Shown: piece after piece, positions 15,033 through 24,090 of the stretch
Numbering within the stretch: position 1 is the stretch's first letter
Layout: every line of letters begins with the position of its first letter
NCBI GenBank assembly: GCA_004524565.1
Contig: SDNZ01000002.1
Span: 106-64,105 of the forward strand
Source: Candidatus Thorarchaeota archaeon
GTDB taxonomy: Archaea > Asgardarchaeota > Thorarchaeia > Thorarchaeales > Thorarchaeaceae
DNA length: 64,000 bases
Direction of reading: 5' to 3'
The notes under the pieces: model-generated
Databases searched by the model: none
What the model was told of the DNA's origin: nothing
The model's input: the letters and a program-made list of their open reading frames with translations, nothing else
Made by a program: the position numbers and the translations under genes

Positions 15033-17921
15033 TGAAACGCGTCCTGGCAATGCAAAGCGTGCTTTGTTCTGTGGATCATATTTTGGTTCTTCAGAATTAT
15101 GAACAATGACCTCTAACTTGAACTCATTCCCGATGTGAGTACTGGCATCTTTCAGAGCTGCAATCTCCTCATTAGCAGTAGCTGAATTATCCCACAAACC
15201 ATTCTCCTTTGCAATTCTATCGACAATATTTTTGACTTCTTTTCCATGCTTCCTGAACTCTTCGTTTGACATCAGATGTTTCATGATTTCACCTACAACT
15301 GTAGGTAATTTGGCATCACGAATACTATTCATTGCTTCAAACATCCATTCAGGTGCAACATAGATGTGGACTTTCGAAGCTTTCTTCCCTTTCAGCAACT
15401 TCTTGATTTCTCTAATATCTCGAATCGTGGACTCTACTACCTCGTGAGCATTCTCGACATTCTTGTCGATTAATTTCTTGTCTGGTTTTGGCCATGCTGC
15501 TAATGAGACATAATCGTCATGTCCCATTTTTGCCCACAATTCTTCACAAATATGAGGAGTCATGGGTGCTGTTAATCGGATCCACTTATCACAAATGTAG
15601 GCCATAGTTCCTTCACGTTCTTCTTTTGGAATCCCCTCTCTATTCAGATAGTGATTGACAGCCCGTATCATTTCCGAAGAAACATGGATGGCGTATTCTC
15701 GCAATCTGAAATTATCCAGCATATCTGTACTATCTTGAATCAGAGAGTTGACACGTGATAGAATCCATTGTGTTGCCATGGTCGGTTTATCCTTCTTCGA
15801 ATATGCTTGAGGTGTTTTCTTTGCATATTTGGTTACAACTTGGATGAATTGACGCATTCTATTCCTCATGGATGGTACATCTTTCTCTCTCCAATCCATT
15901 AAGGTTCCAGGCTCCGCTGCTGATACTGTATAAATTCTAAACAGGTCCGCCCCATATTTTTCAGGAATCTCCACTAATGGAATGACATTACCCTTACTCT
16001 TGCTCATCTTCTTACCTTCCATATTCATGTGTTCGTTGAAACTGATGCATTGTAACCAGTACTTTTCAGGGAATATTGCCACATGGTGGAAGATTGCAAA
16101 GCTCAAGTGATTGGAAATATGCGAAGGCGCAGTATGTCGTTGATCATTTGGGTACCAATACATAAACTCGTTACGCATAGTTTTCAATAACTCAATGTCA
16201 ATCTCAGTTGATTTGCTGACATTAGCAGGAGTTTTCTTTCCTAAGAATATGTATTCGAAGAAATCGGACGTCAACTGCTTGGGCCTTAGCTTGTTCTTTG
16301 TTATATGATGTGCTATTGTATAGTATGCCATGTAAATCGTAGAATCTGATAAAGATTCGATGATCCAGTCTGGATCGAATGGTAATCTTGTACCAATACC
16401 TCTTCTGCGAGCACACGGTCTTTGGGCTAACCAGTCAAAAGTGGCTTCGAATAAATTCCGGAACATATCGGGAGTAATTTCCATATTCTCTAATGCTCTA
16501 CGTGCATCCTCTTTCCAACCTGGGCTTGTATAGTCTAAGAACCACTGTCCTGCAAAGACTCCTACTTGTACGTCCGTACCACATCTACAAACTACAGGTC
16601 GCTGATCGGGTTCATAGAAGACATCCACATGATTAACCGTTCCTAACCACGTCACAACGTCTTCCTTGACATCCTGTATAGACCGACCTGAAAATTGAGC
16701 ACAGTTCTCTTTCATGACACCATCATAGAACTCTGCCTTGTAGATCTCTTGGGTCGCATCTTCCAATTTCTCAACCTCAGCTTGTGACTTGATATCTCTC
16801 TTCTCCACGGCATCTTTTGCAGGGAACTCGCTGTACCCCTTCATATCAATCATACCAATGATTCCAATACTGCGAACATCCTCTGATGAGATTCCGTACT
16901 GCGCTAAGTTTGATGGGTCCTCCCACAGGTCTCTCAGTGCGATATAGTCAAAAGGTGCATGTCCAGGAACTGAATAAACTACACCTGTTGCATTCTTAGG
17001 GTCAACAAATTCAGCAGGTAGAATGGGTATCTCATGATTATCATGAATCGCTCTGAAGTATTTCCCAATGATTTTTGAGCCTTTGAAACTTTCAATAATT
17101 TCTACTTCTTTAGCTTGCAACTTTAACTTCTCTACTGCTGCTTGGGATACTATCCATTTCTCTCCATCAACCATTGCCCAGACATACTTTGCCTTAGGGT
17201 TGATCCACATGTTAGTGACACCAAAGATAGTTTCAGGCCTTAGGGTTGCTGCAACCAAGTATCCATCTTCAAAGGGCCACTTGATGGCTGTGAACTCCTT
17301 GATTTTTGCAGTTTCTCCTTTTAGTATATCATCCTCTCCTACAGGATTTCCACATTTAGGGCAATACAGCAATGGATAGTTACCCTGTTTGACATATCCC
17401 TTTTCCATGAATTTTTGATACTGCCATTCGATGAACTTGTTGTAGGTCTTATCACCTGTAGTAAATCCACGTCGCCAATCAATACTGTAGCCAAGAGCTG
17501 CGAAATCTTGTGAGATCACTTTCGCAAAGAATGATGCAGTTGTCATAGCATCCTTGAATTTTACCAGTTGTGCATCAACCTTCTCCTCAGTATCAAAGTA
17601 AAGGCGTAGGTCTCTTTTGTACATCTCAATTGCATCAGGGTCTCCTGCTAGGACTCGGTCCACCATGCCCTGTATTGGTGTGCCAGTCATATGCGATGCC
17701 ATTGGGAATAATACATTGAATCCTTGCATACGCTTGTAACGAGCAATCAGGTCACCAATTGTATAGGTTCTCCCGTGACCAATATGCAATGCACCATTTA
17801 CATACGGATATGGAACAGTCAAGAAGAACTTCTTACGCTTAGGATCTGGATCTGCCTCGAAGATTCTGTCCTTTGCCCAGCGTTTTTGCCATTTCTTCTC
17901 AATCTTTGCAAATTCACTCAT
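15018..17921 (-). CDS. leuS: Leucyl-tRNA synthetase (archaeal type)
   Basis: 967 aa. HIGH motif (LHIGHGRTYTIGD), KMSKS motif (GKKMSKSKGNV), and a class Ia editing-domain insertion. Confidence 0.95.
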   Translation of the reverse strand: MSEFAKIEKKWQKRWAKDRIFEADPDPKRKKFFLTVPYPYVNGALHIGHGRTYTIGDLIARYKRMQGFNVLFPMASHMTGTPIQGMVDRVLAGDPDAIEMYKRDLRLYFDTEEKVDAQLVKFKDAMTTASFFAKVISQDFAALGYSIDWRRGFTTGDKTYNKFIEWQYQKFMEKGYVKQGNYPLLYCPKCGNPVGEDDILKGETAKIKEFTAIKWPFEDGYLVAATLRPETIFGVTNMWINPKAKYVWAMVDGEKWIVSQAAVEKLKLQAKEVEIIESFKGSKIIGKYFRAIHDNHEIPILPAEFVDPKNATGVVYSVPGHAPFDYIALRDLWEDPSNLAQYGISSEDVRSIGIIGMIDMKGYSEFPAKDAVEKRDIKSQAEVEKLEDATQEIYKAEFYDGVMKENCAQFSGRSIQDVKEDVVTWLGTVNHVDVFYEPDQRPVVCRCGTDVQVGVFAGQWFLDYTSPGWKEDARRALENMEITPDMFRNLFEATFDWLAQRPCARRRGIGTRLPFDPDWIIESLSDSTIYMAYYTIAHHITKNKLRPKQLTSDFFEYIFLGKKTPANVSKSTEIDIELLKTMRNEFMYWYPNDQRHTAPSHISNHLSFAIFHHVAIFPEKYWLQCISFNEHMNMEGKKMSKSKGNVIPLVEIPEKYGADLFRIYTVSAAEPGTLMDWREKDVPSMRNRMRQFIQVVTKYAKKTPQAYSKKDKPTMATQWILSRVNSLIQDSTDMLDNFRLREYAIHVSSEMIRAVNHYLNREGIPKEEREGTMAYICDKWIRLTAPMTPHICEELWAKMGHDDYVSLAAWPKPDKKLIDKNVENAHEVVESTIRDIREIKKLLKGKKASKVHIYVAPEWMFEAMNSIRDAKLPTVVGEIMKHLMSNEEFRKHGKEVKNIVDRIAKENGLWDNSATANEEIAALKDASTHIGNEFKLEVIVHNSEEPKYDPQNKARFALPGRVSLFLE

Positions 17922-18144
17922 CTGTAGTAACCTCTCTTGATGCTGAAGGATTAGTCAAATCCAAGATGGGGTCCTCTATAAAGGACTCGCAAAAGGAGTG
18001 TGTGTTAATTTGTAAGAACGCAATCCATCCTGGCTCACTCTCTCCACGTAAGATGAAGTAGCTTGCTTATTAGAGCTATGGTCAACTTGGTTTGACCTCT
18101 CCCCGTGGATTTGAACTACAAGCTTTCTTGGAGTCGAAAGAATT

Positions 18145-18828
18145 TTGAATCGAAAAGGGACGCTTCTTCATGCAATCCACGAAGATGAGTATCCTATGAA
18201 TCATAATTCTACCAGTGAGGATAGAGACATCCATAGATCACTACTACCCTACAATGAAGTTCTAGAGTTCTTTGAGCAACTTGAAAGAACTGGAAATGTA
18301 AAATCATACTGTAATGGATCGAATGATGCGGGTAGATGGATTTTTCAAATCTTCAACAAGGAGTTTATCGAGGAATTAGCAGCAGTGCTAAACAGGGCTT
18401 TGGGAAAGAGAAGAAAGAATCCCCCAATTCTTGAGGTAATGAGTGGTGATGGACGCTTAACAGAATTCCTGCAACCTCTAATCAAAAGACGGTGTATTGC
18501 AACTGATAGTAAAGATGGTCGGTACAATATTGGATATCCAAAATGGGTTGAAACTCTTGAGGCAATGGATGCAATCTCAAAGTACTCTCCATCTTTCGTC
18601 GTCATCTGCTGGGAACCATACCTCTCCATGACCGGGACTGAAATTGTGAAAACAGGAATACCTGTTGCATGGATTGGAAATCCCAACATGTGTGGTCACT
18701 CTGATATTTTCGGTAATCTCCATATCCCTTTGGAAAGCAAATTCGCTCTGAGTCGTCATGATTTCTTCCTAGCAAAGGACTTCAAGACTGACATTTTCTT
18801 TTTCAATTGTGAACCGGAGTGGATTTGA
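18145..18828 (+). CDS. Hypothetical protein, possibly a SAM-dependent methyltransferase fold
   Basis: 227 aa. ILEVMSGDGRLTEFL...CIATDSKDG resembles MTase motif I and post-I. This is weak. The likely start is ATG 18196. Confidence 0.4.
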   Translation: MNRKGTLLHAIHEDEYPMNHNSTSEDRDIHRSLLPYNEVLEFFEQLERTGNVKSYCNGSNDAGRWIFQIFNKEFIEELAAVLNRALGKRRKNPPILEVMSGDGRLTEFLQPLIKRRCIATDSKDGRYNIGYPKWVETLEAMDAISKYSPSFVVICWEPYLSMTGTEIVKTGIPVAWIGNPNMCGHSDIFGNLHIPLESKFALSRHDFFLAKDFKTDIFFFNCEPEWI

Positions 18829-18903
18829 AAAAAACTAAGGTCATACACTGCTTCATATTTTTCTTGAAAGCAATATGCACATTAGTTGACAGAAGGGCTT
18901 GCC

Positions 18904-19845
18904 ATGGTAAAAGCTAACGTTGATGCTGTCGATATTGATCCGAAAACAGGCACAACTCTTGGATTCTATTCATTTGGAGAAGAGCGACCTACCATCTTGA
19001 TTATTGCCGCTACTGATGGTGGTTCCGCTACAGATGTATATGCAAGTTATCTCATTATGAAACATCTTGAAAGTCTCGATCGAATTGATGGGTCTGTAAC
19101 AATTCTTCCTGTAGCTAACCCACTAGCCTTTAGACTTGGAGTTAAGGTATCCCCTCTCGATTCAAAGGACCTAGACTCCGTCTTTCCTGGTGATGAACAT
19201 GGGACAATAACAGAACGTACAGCATGGGAGATCTGGAGACGTGCATCTCAGGCGGATTACATTATTCACCTGAAGACCGGTAGACAGAACTGTGTCAGCC
19301 ATGTTGTAGCAATGCACAGAGAGTATATTCATGTGAGAAATGTTGCATCACAGATAGGTTTACCATTTGCAATACAATGCTTTGGACAACGGGGTTCATT
19401 GACCACAGAAGCTGCACATGAAGGCATTCCCATTGTTTCAATAGAAATGAGGGGTGATATTGACCAAGTAGATTCCCAAGCTGCTGTAGAAGTTCGAGAA
19501 GCTATTCTCAATTTTATGAGATTAAAGGATATGATATCGGGGGACCGAATAGAGACCTCAATCACGTTGACAGGGCGACTGCAACACATCAATGTTGATG
19601 CTGAGGGCTTTTTTATCCCGAGAGTGAATTTAGGTGAAACGGTACAGAGTGGCACCGTGATTGGAACTGTGCAAGATACGACGGAAATAATTTCTCCCTT
19701 CAATGGAGTCATTGTTTCCCTTAATCGTATGAATTATGTCTTTGAAGGTGATATTGTTGCAAGGGTCGCTCCATTGTTGAGTGATTATCGAGCATCAGAG
19801 CCAACGGAATCTGAAGACACTGTCCCTCCTCGAAGGAAATGGTAG
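18904..19845 (+). CDS. Succinylglutamate desuccinylase/aspartoacylase (AstE/AspA, M14-like) family protein, with the N-terminal Zn motif apparently not conserved
   Basis: TILIIAATDGGSATDVYASYLIMKHL...VTILPVANPLAF plus a C-terminal FFIPRVNLGETVQSGTVIGTVQD...PFNGVIVSL is the family layout. The usual HGxE position reads TDGGS. The ORF track starts at 18886 (TTG); there is an ATG at 18904. Confidence 0.65.
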   Translation: MVKANVDAVDIDPKTGTTLGFYSFGEERPTILIIAATDGGSATDVYASYLIMKHLESLDRIDGSVTILPVANPLAFRLGVKVSPLDSKDLDSVFPGDEHGTITERTAWEIWRRASQADYIIHLKTGRQNCVSHVVAMHREYIHVRNVASQIGLPFAIQCFGQRGSLTTEAAHEGIPIVSIEMRGDIDQVDSQAAVEVREAILNFMRLKDMISGDRIETSITLTGRLQHINVDAEGFFIPRVNLGETVQSGTVIGTVQDTTEIISPFNGVIVSLNRMNYVFEGDIVARVAPLLSDYRASEPTESEDTVPPRRKW

Positions 19846-20294
19846 TCATGACTGGAAATCTGAGTGAGACGCAACATCTAATGCGCATCAATGTAGGCGA
19901 TAAACGCCTCAGAGAAAAAGGAAAACTCCTCATCATCGGAAGCTGTATGGACAGATTCCCCAAGATTGTGAATGATTTCTCTGAGCGTAACGGTGGCCAA
20001 GCAGTCCTCCAACTATGTCTTGAAGAAACCCACGTCAATCAAGCCGGATTTAAAATCGGTTCTATTGTCAAGTATTCTAGTATCTCTGAAATCACAGCAC
20101 TTACTATCGATGGGAGTCCACACTGTGTGCAATTGCATTACGTCATCGATGATGTAAAGCGACACTTTGCGCCTGAACTTGTAACCAAGCACTTTGTTGT
20201 GGAAAAGGGGACTGTGCATGAGATCTCTTCTGATGCAGTTAGGAGATCAAGACATCTTTCTAAGATACAGAAGATGATAACTTTGGTAGAATAA
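19839..20294 (+). CDS. Hypothetical protein
   Basis: 151 aa. The start overlaps the upstream stop by 7 nt, so it is co-transcribed. No motif recognised. Confidence 0.45.
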   Translation: MVVMTGNLSETQHLMRINVGDKRLREKGKLLIIGSCMDRFPKIVNDFSERNGGQAVLQLCLEETHVNQAGFKIGSIVKYSSISEITALTIDGSPHCVQLHYVIDDVKRHFAPELVTKHFVVEKGTVHEISSDAVRRSRHLSKIQKMITLVE

Positions 20295-20865
20295 ATCCCG
20301 CATGCTTCTTGTACTCCAGATATTCTTCTCCATAGTGTAAGATAAGTTTCCGTTCTTCAAAGTACGCTCCAATCAAGGTATATCCAATCATTGAGATAAC
20401 GAATGTGAAAACTATTGGAAATGGATAGATCAAGGCTATTGATCCAAATGCCAAAATGGTAGCTAGATAGAGTGGATGTCTAATTCTTGCGTAGAGACCT
20501 CCTGTGATGAGCTCTGGTTTTCTATCTGTTCTCATATCTGCTACAGTGCTTACCGAAATTACCTTAGATGCTTTGGCAGCAACAATACCCCCTCCTATCA
20601 ACGCTAAGATTCCTGGGATGAACAGAAATGGTTGAATTAGGGTGGGGTCATTGATGAAATATAACCAATTCCAGAAATTCATCGAAAGAAAAGCGGCACC
20701 TAGTGTTAGTACACTAGTAAGTGTGAAGATTGTTGAATACCCTTCCTTTCCCCATCTATCAATAATTCTTCCTTTCACGCGTAATGCAGATACTCCACTA
20801 TGCTGTAGTCCGAATATTGACGACATCATGATTACGATGACATATTCTATCATAGAACTCACCAA
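20260..20865 (-). CDS. Membrane methyltransferase of the ICMT/PEMT (isoprenylcysteine carboxyl methyltransferase-like) family
   Basis: 201 aa, multi-TM. C-terminal signature GGLYARIRHPLYLATILAF...EERKLILHYGEEYLEYKK. Confidence 0.75.
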   Translation of the reverse strand: MVSSMIEYVIVIMMSSIFGLQHSGVSALRVKGRIIDRWGKEGYSTIFTLTSVLTLGAAFLSMNFWNWLYFINDPTLIQPFLFIPGILALIGGGIVAAKASKVISVSTVADMRTDRKPELITGGLYARIRHPLYLATILAFGSIALIYPFPIVFTFVISMIGYTLIGAYFEERKLILHYGEEYLEYKKHAGFILPKLSSSVS

Positions 20866-20943
20866 ATACCATTTTATTTACAAACAGAATGCTTATAAGT
20901 TAACTATTGTGTATTTAACTATTGTTAATAATAAAACGAGTGA

Positions 20944-21522
20944 ATGCTAATGAGCGAAGTAGCTAAAAACCCCTTCAAACCCCTCGAGATGTGGGATAAC
21001 ACGATGGTCACCATGAAAGAAGGTGATGAGAAGAAAAACGTAGATGCCAAACATTACAGGATTCGCTATCTTGTTGGAGAAAGCGAAGACAAACGCTTCG
21101 TGGATGGTGGTAGTGAAGAGATTTCAGCCTTTTCTGAGAAGACACTCTTCTTGATACCCTCAATTCACCGACTCACTGGGGATCCGTTCCATTATGATCA
21201 TGGACGAGTAGAAACTGTGAGTGGGACAGATAGAATCAGTGAACAAACCAAAGAACTACGAAGACACGCTGCCTGCGAGGAGCATAAGACAATCGAGGTC
21301 ATTTTTGAGAGTCCTGGTGTCGAGTGTTGTGCAATGACAAAGGAAGAAGCAGACAAGAAGCAAGTTCCTTTGCAATACCTTGCTGGTTATCTATTGGGTA
21401 AGAATGATGGATTACTTAAAATTGCTACATCAAAAACTGTTGTTGATGGTGGCCACGAGTACTTCGAGAACATCCACATCATTCCTGAAGCAACCATTAA
21501 GCAAATGGCATGTCTAGAATAA
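20944..21522 (+). CDS. Hypothetical protein
   Basis: 192-aa ORF followed by a hairpin plus T-tracts. No motif recognised. Confidence 0.45.
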   Translation: MLMSEVAKNPFKPLEMWDNTMVTMKEGDEKKNVDAKHYRIRYLVGESEDKRFVDGGSEEISAFSEKTLFLIPSIHRLTGDPFHYDHGRVETVSGTDRISEQTKELRRHAACEEHKTIEVIFESPGVECCAMTKEEADKKQVPLQYLAGYLLGKNDGLLKIATSKTVVDGGHEYFENIHIIPEATIKQMACLE

Positions 21523-21566
21523 ATTCTAGAATATCACTGAGGATGAATGTCTGATCATCTCCTTGT

Positions 21567-21636
21567 TCTAGTCGCCCCCACACGGCTAGACTTCCTTTCG
21601 CTTCAGCCTTCATCCTCGCCCTTTTTCCTCTTTTTT
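21567..21636 (+). terminator. Hairpin followed by pyrimidine/T-rich tracts (putative archaeal terminator)
   Basis: TCTAGTCG (21567-74) pairs with CGGCTAGA (21583-90), giving 8 bp with one G-U. This is followed by CTTTTTCCTCTTTTTT at 21621-36. Confidence 0.4.
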
Positions 21637-21696
21637 GTAGGAGCATATATTCTCTGAATCAAGAGATAACTCAAAGAATAAAGTGGGAAAAGAACA

Positions 21697-21966
21697 TTGT
21701 TTCATCAGCTTGAGAACCTAGATGGTCATTACCTAGAAGGATGGGAAGAAATCCGTAGCGCTCTTGAACACGTTGAAGCGATTCGACGTAATGGCCGCAA
21801 AGCGAAAGTTGAGATTGAAAACTCTAATGCTGATACAAAATTAAAAATCACATTGAGATCGACCGATGAACTCGATGAGTATTTCAATTCACATTTGCGT
21901 CAGCTAATTCTTCATGGTCTCAATGAAGATACAACTGTTGTAACTGGTAGAATTCATCTTCAATAA
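21697..21966 (+). CDS. Hypothetical protein
   Basis: 89-aa ORF with a TTG start and no recognised motif. Coding status is uncertain. Confidence 0.3.
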   Translation: MFHQLENLDGHYLEGWEEIRSALEHVEAIRRNGRKAKVEIENSNADTKLKITLRSTDELDEYFNSHLRQLILHGLNEDTTVVTGRIHLQ

Positions 21967-22178
21967 CAGAAAACTCTCATACGTATGTATGAGGAACATA
22001 TGTTTTCTTGGAAAATAGACCGGAAAATAGCTAGTACACAAGCTCTCGCATGCTTACACTTATATACACATAGATTAGCGCTTGTGGAAGCGTCTCTCTT
22101 GGGTTGCTATTTTGTGCATCGATATGAAGTACATCGGCGGCTATCTTTCAAGAGAGAAATAATTTAGGTGACAAAAAT

Positions 22179-23123
22179 ATGGCAAGACCAGTACGTGCTT
22201 CAACAGGCAGTGGAAAGGGTTCAGCAATCTGTTCTGTTTGTGGCGGCAGTGATTTTTATCAAGATCACACTCGTGGTGAATCAATCTGCACTTCGTGTGG
22301 TTGCGTAATTAATGAACGAAATCTAGACACAGGTCCCGAGTGGCGAGCATTTACAGCAGAAGAACGCAACGCAAGAGCTCGAACCGGCTCTCCCATGACT
22401 TTAACCATGGCTGACAAGGGTCTTGCAACAACTATTGGCTGGAGCGATCGTGATGCTAATGGTCGCGCAATTGCTGCTTCTAGTCGTGCAGCCATTTACC
22501 GAATGAGGAAATGGCAAATCCGAACTTTGGTTCATAGCTCTCAACACAGGAATCTTAGCATTGCAATGAGTGAGATGGATAGATTGACCTCACAGCTTGG
22601 TATTCCCCATGAAACCAAAGAGACCGCAGCTCTGGTCTACAGGAAAGCACTCAACAGGCGTCTAGTTAGAGGAAGGAGCATTGAAGGAATGGTAGCAGCT
22701 ACTATCTATCTATCCTGCAGAATTCACAAGATTCCCAGGCAACTTGATGAGATTGTAACTGAAGCTCGAGTTAACAGAAAGGAACTTGGACAATGCGTCC
22801 GACTCATTCTGAGAAATGTCGACGTAAAGGTGCCAATCCCATCAGCAAACGACCTCATGCCTCGAATTTCAGCAGATCTAGGTCTCGATGGAAAGACTGT
22901 TCATACTGCAATGAGCATCATCAACGAAGCACGTGAGAAGGGAATTACTGCAGGTAAGGACCCAGGTGGTCTCGCAGCAGCCGCCCTCTATATTGCTGGT
23001 ATCATTGAAGATGACAGGCGAACTCAGAGAGAGATTGCTGAAGCATCCAATGTGACTGAGGTAACTGTTAGGAACCGATACAAGGACCTAGCAAATAGCC
23101 TGAAAATTACAATCAAACCATAG
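22179..23123 (+). CDS. tfb: Transcription initiation factor IIB (TFB), paralog 1
   Basis: 314 aa. N-terminal Zn ribbon CSVCGGSDF...CTSCG, B-reader/linker, and two cyclin repeats (VRGRSIEGMVAATIYLSCR; GKDPGGLAAAALYIAGI...RTQREIAEASNVTEVTVRNRYK). AGGTGA lies 9 nt upstream of the ATG. Confidence 0.95.
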   Translation: MARPVRASTGSGKGSAICSVCGGSDFYQDHTRGESICTSCGCVINERNLDTGPEWRAFTAEERNARARTGSPMTLTMADKGLATTIGWSDRDANGRAIAASSRAAIYRMRKWQIRTLVHSSQHRNLSIAMSEMDRLTSQLGIPHETKETAALVYRKALNRRLVRGRSIEGMVAATIYLSCRIHKIPRQLDEIVTEARVNRKELGQCVRLILRNVDVKVPIPSANDLMPRISADLGLDGKTVHTAMSIINEAREKGITAGKDPGGLAAAALYIAGIIEDDRRTQREIAEASNVTEVTVRNRYKDLANSLKITIKP

Positions 23124-23214
23124 TGGTCGGGATTTTTCCCTTCCACTTTCTTCTTCTTTTTCCGCTATCCAACACATTCTTTTGCAGTATTATTAGTCAT
23201 CAATACTGACTGAC

Positions 23215-23964
23215 ATGAATCAATTCATCCTTGCTCTCTGTGGTTTACCCGCATCTGGAAAATCTACATTAGCCAATGCAATCCAGAAAGCTCTGAACTA
23301 TGAAGTTGAGATTGTCAGGACTGATGAATGGCGAGATATTGAGTACTATACTGATTGGGTACCAGAAAAGGAAAAGCCCGTTCGACAAAAGGCCCTGTCA
23401 AGAGTTAGCGAGCTTGTTGAAGAAGGGAAGAGTGTAATCCACGATGATACAAATTATTACACAAGTATGCGACACGATCTGTTCAAGATAGCACTTGAGA
23501 AACAATGTGGATTTGCGATAGTTCATGTTGCAACACCAGTTACTGTTGCACTTCAATGGAATCGGGAACGAGAAAACTCCAGGGTTCCTGATAGTGTTAT
23601 ACAAGATATTTTCGAACGGTTCGATAATCCTGGACATAGTTATTTGTGGGATACGGAAGATCTTGAGGTCTCTCTGGAGATTCAGAATATTGATGATGTT
23701 CTCCCTGATATCGTTGAGATTCTCAAAGAGATTGAACCTGCAAAAAAGCCTAAACCAAGACTAGTGACAAGTACAGAATTTACTCGATTGGATACTGCAA
23801 CAAGATTGGTAGTTTCAGAATTTCTACAAGAATATCCCGAATTCCGAGGAAACCGAGAAGTCTCAATCATACGTCGAAGTTTCTTACGGAAAGCTAGTGA
23901 ACGGAAAATACAACTTAAAGCTGTTCATAAACTCCTTTGGAGTGAACTGTCACGTTTACTGTGA
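23215..23964 (+). CDS. pstK: O-phosphoseryl-tRNA(Sec) kinase (PSTK)
   Basis: 249 aa. P-loop LCGLPASGKST, then DDTNYYTSMRHDL and FERFDNPGHSYLWD. From memory, these parallel the Methanocaldococcus PSTK motifs (DDTNYYNSMRRDL, FDEPGKKYKWD). The stop codon abuts the tRNA-Sec gene. Confidence 0.88.
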   Translation: MNQFILALCGLPASGKSTLANAIQKALNYEVEIVRTDEWRDIEYYTDWVPEKEKPVRQKALSRVSELVEEGKSVIHDDTNYYTSMRHDLFKIALEKQCGFAIVHVATPVTVALQWNRERENSRVPDSVIQDIFERFDNPGHSYLWDTEDLEVSLEIQNIDDVLPDIVEILKEIEPAKKPKPRLVTSTEFTRLDTATRLVVSEFLQEYPEFRGNREVSIIRRSFLRKASERKIQLKAVHKLLWSELSRLL

Positions 23965-24055
23965 TGGCGGCCTCCTAAGAGAATCGAACTCTCAACGCTT
24001 GCACGTTCACGGGTTTGAAGCCCGCGGAACCAGACCACCGGTCCTGTAGAAGGCC
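23965..24055 (-). tRNA. tRNA-Sec (anticodon UCA), archaeal/eukaryotic 9/4 fold, genomically encoded CCA
   Basis: Minus-strand sequence GGCCTTCTA-CA-GGACCGG-TGGT-CTGGTTC-CGCGGG-CTTCAAA-CCCGTG-AACGT-GCAA-GCGTT-G-AGAG-TTCGATT-CTCT-TAGGAGGCC-G-CCA. It has a 9-bp acceptor stem, a 7-bp D-stem with a 4-nt loop, a 6-bp anticodon stem, a loop with U33-UCA-A37, a long variable arm with a GCAA loop, and a 4-bp T-stem with a TTCGATT loop. Folded by hand. Confidence 0.9.
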
Positions 24056-24079
24056 ATTACTGAACATGTAGATGCAGAG

Positions 24080-24090
24080 CTTACTAAAAT
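24080..24090 (-). promoter_or_regulatory. Possible TATA-like element for tRNA-Sec
   Basis: The minus strand reads ATTTTAGTAAG about 25-35 nt upstream of the tRNA 5' end. The tRNA could alternatively be processed from the selB-spcS transcript. Confidence 0.25.

Noticed and set aside
18090-18125. A GTGGATTTGAAC motif in the leuS upstream region resembles the reverse complement of a tRNA T-arm.
   Set aside because: The putative T-stem has an A-C mismatch. No complementary acceptor 5' strand exists within about 90 nt, and the region there is the start of a coding ORF.
20260-20865. I considered a functional link between the ICMT-family methyltransferase and processing of the Rab-like GTPase, as in eukaryotic CaaX processing.
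   Set aside because: The GTPase ends ...DAFS with no C-terminal Cys, so it cannot be a prenyl-Cys methylation substrate. The genes are 17 kb apart, and this methyltransferase family has many non-CaaX roles in prokaryotes.
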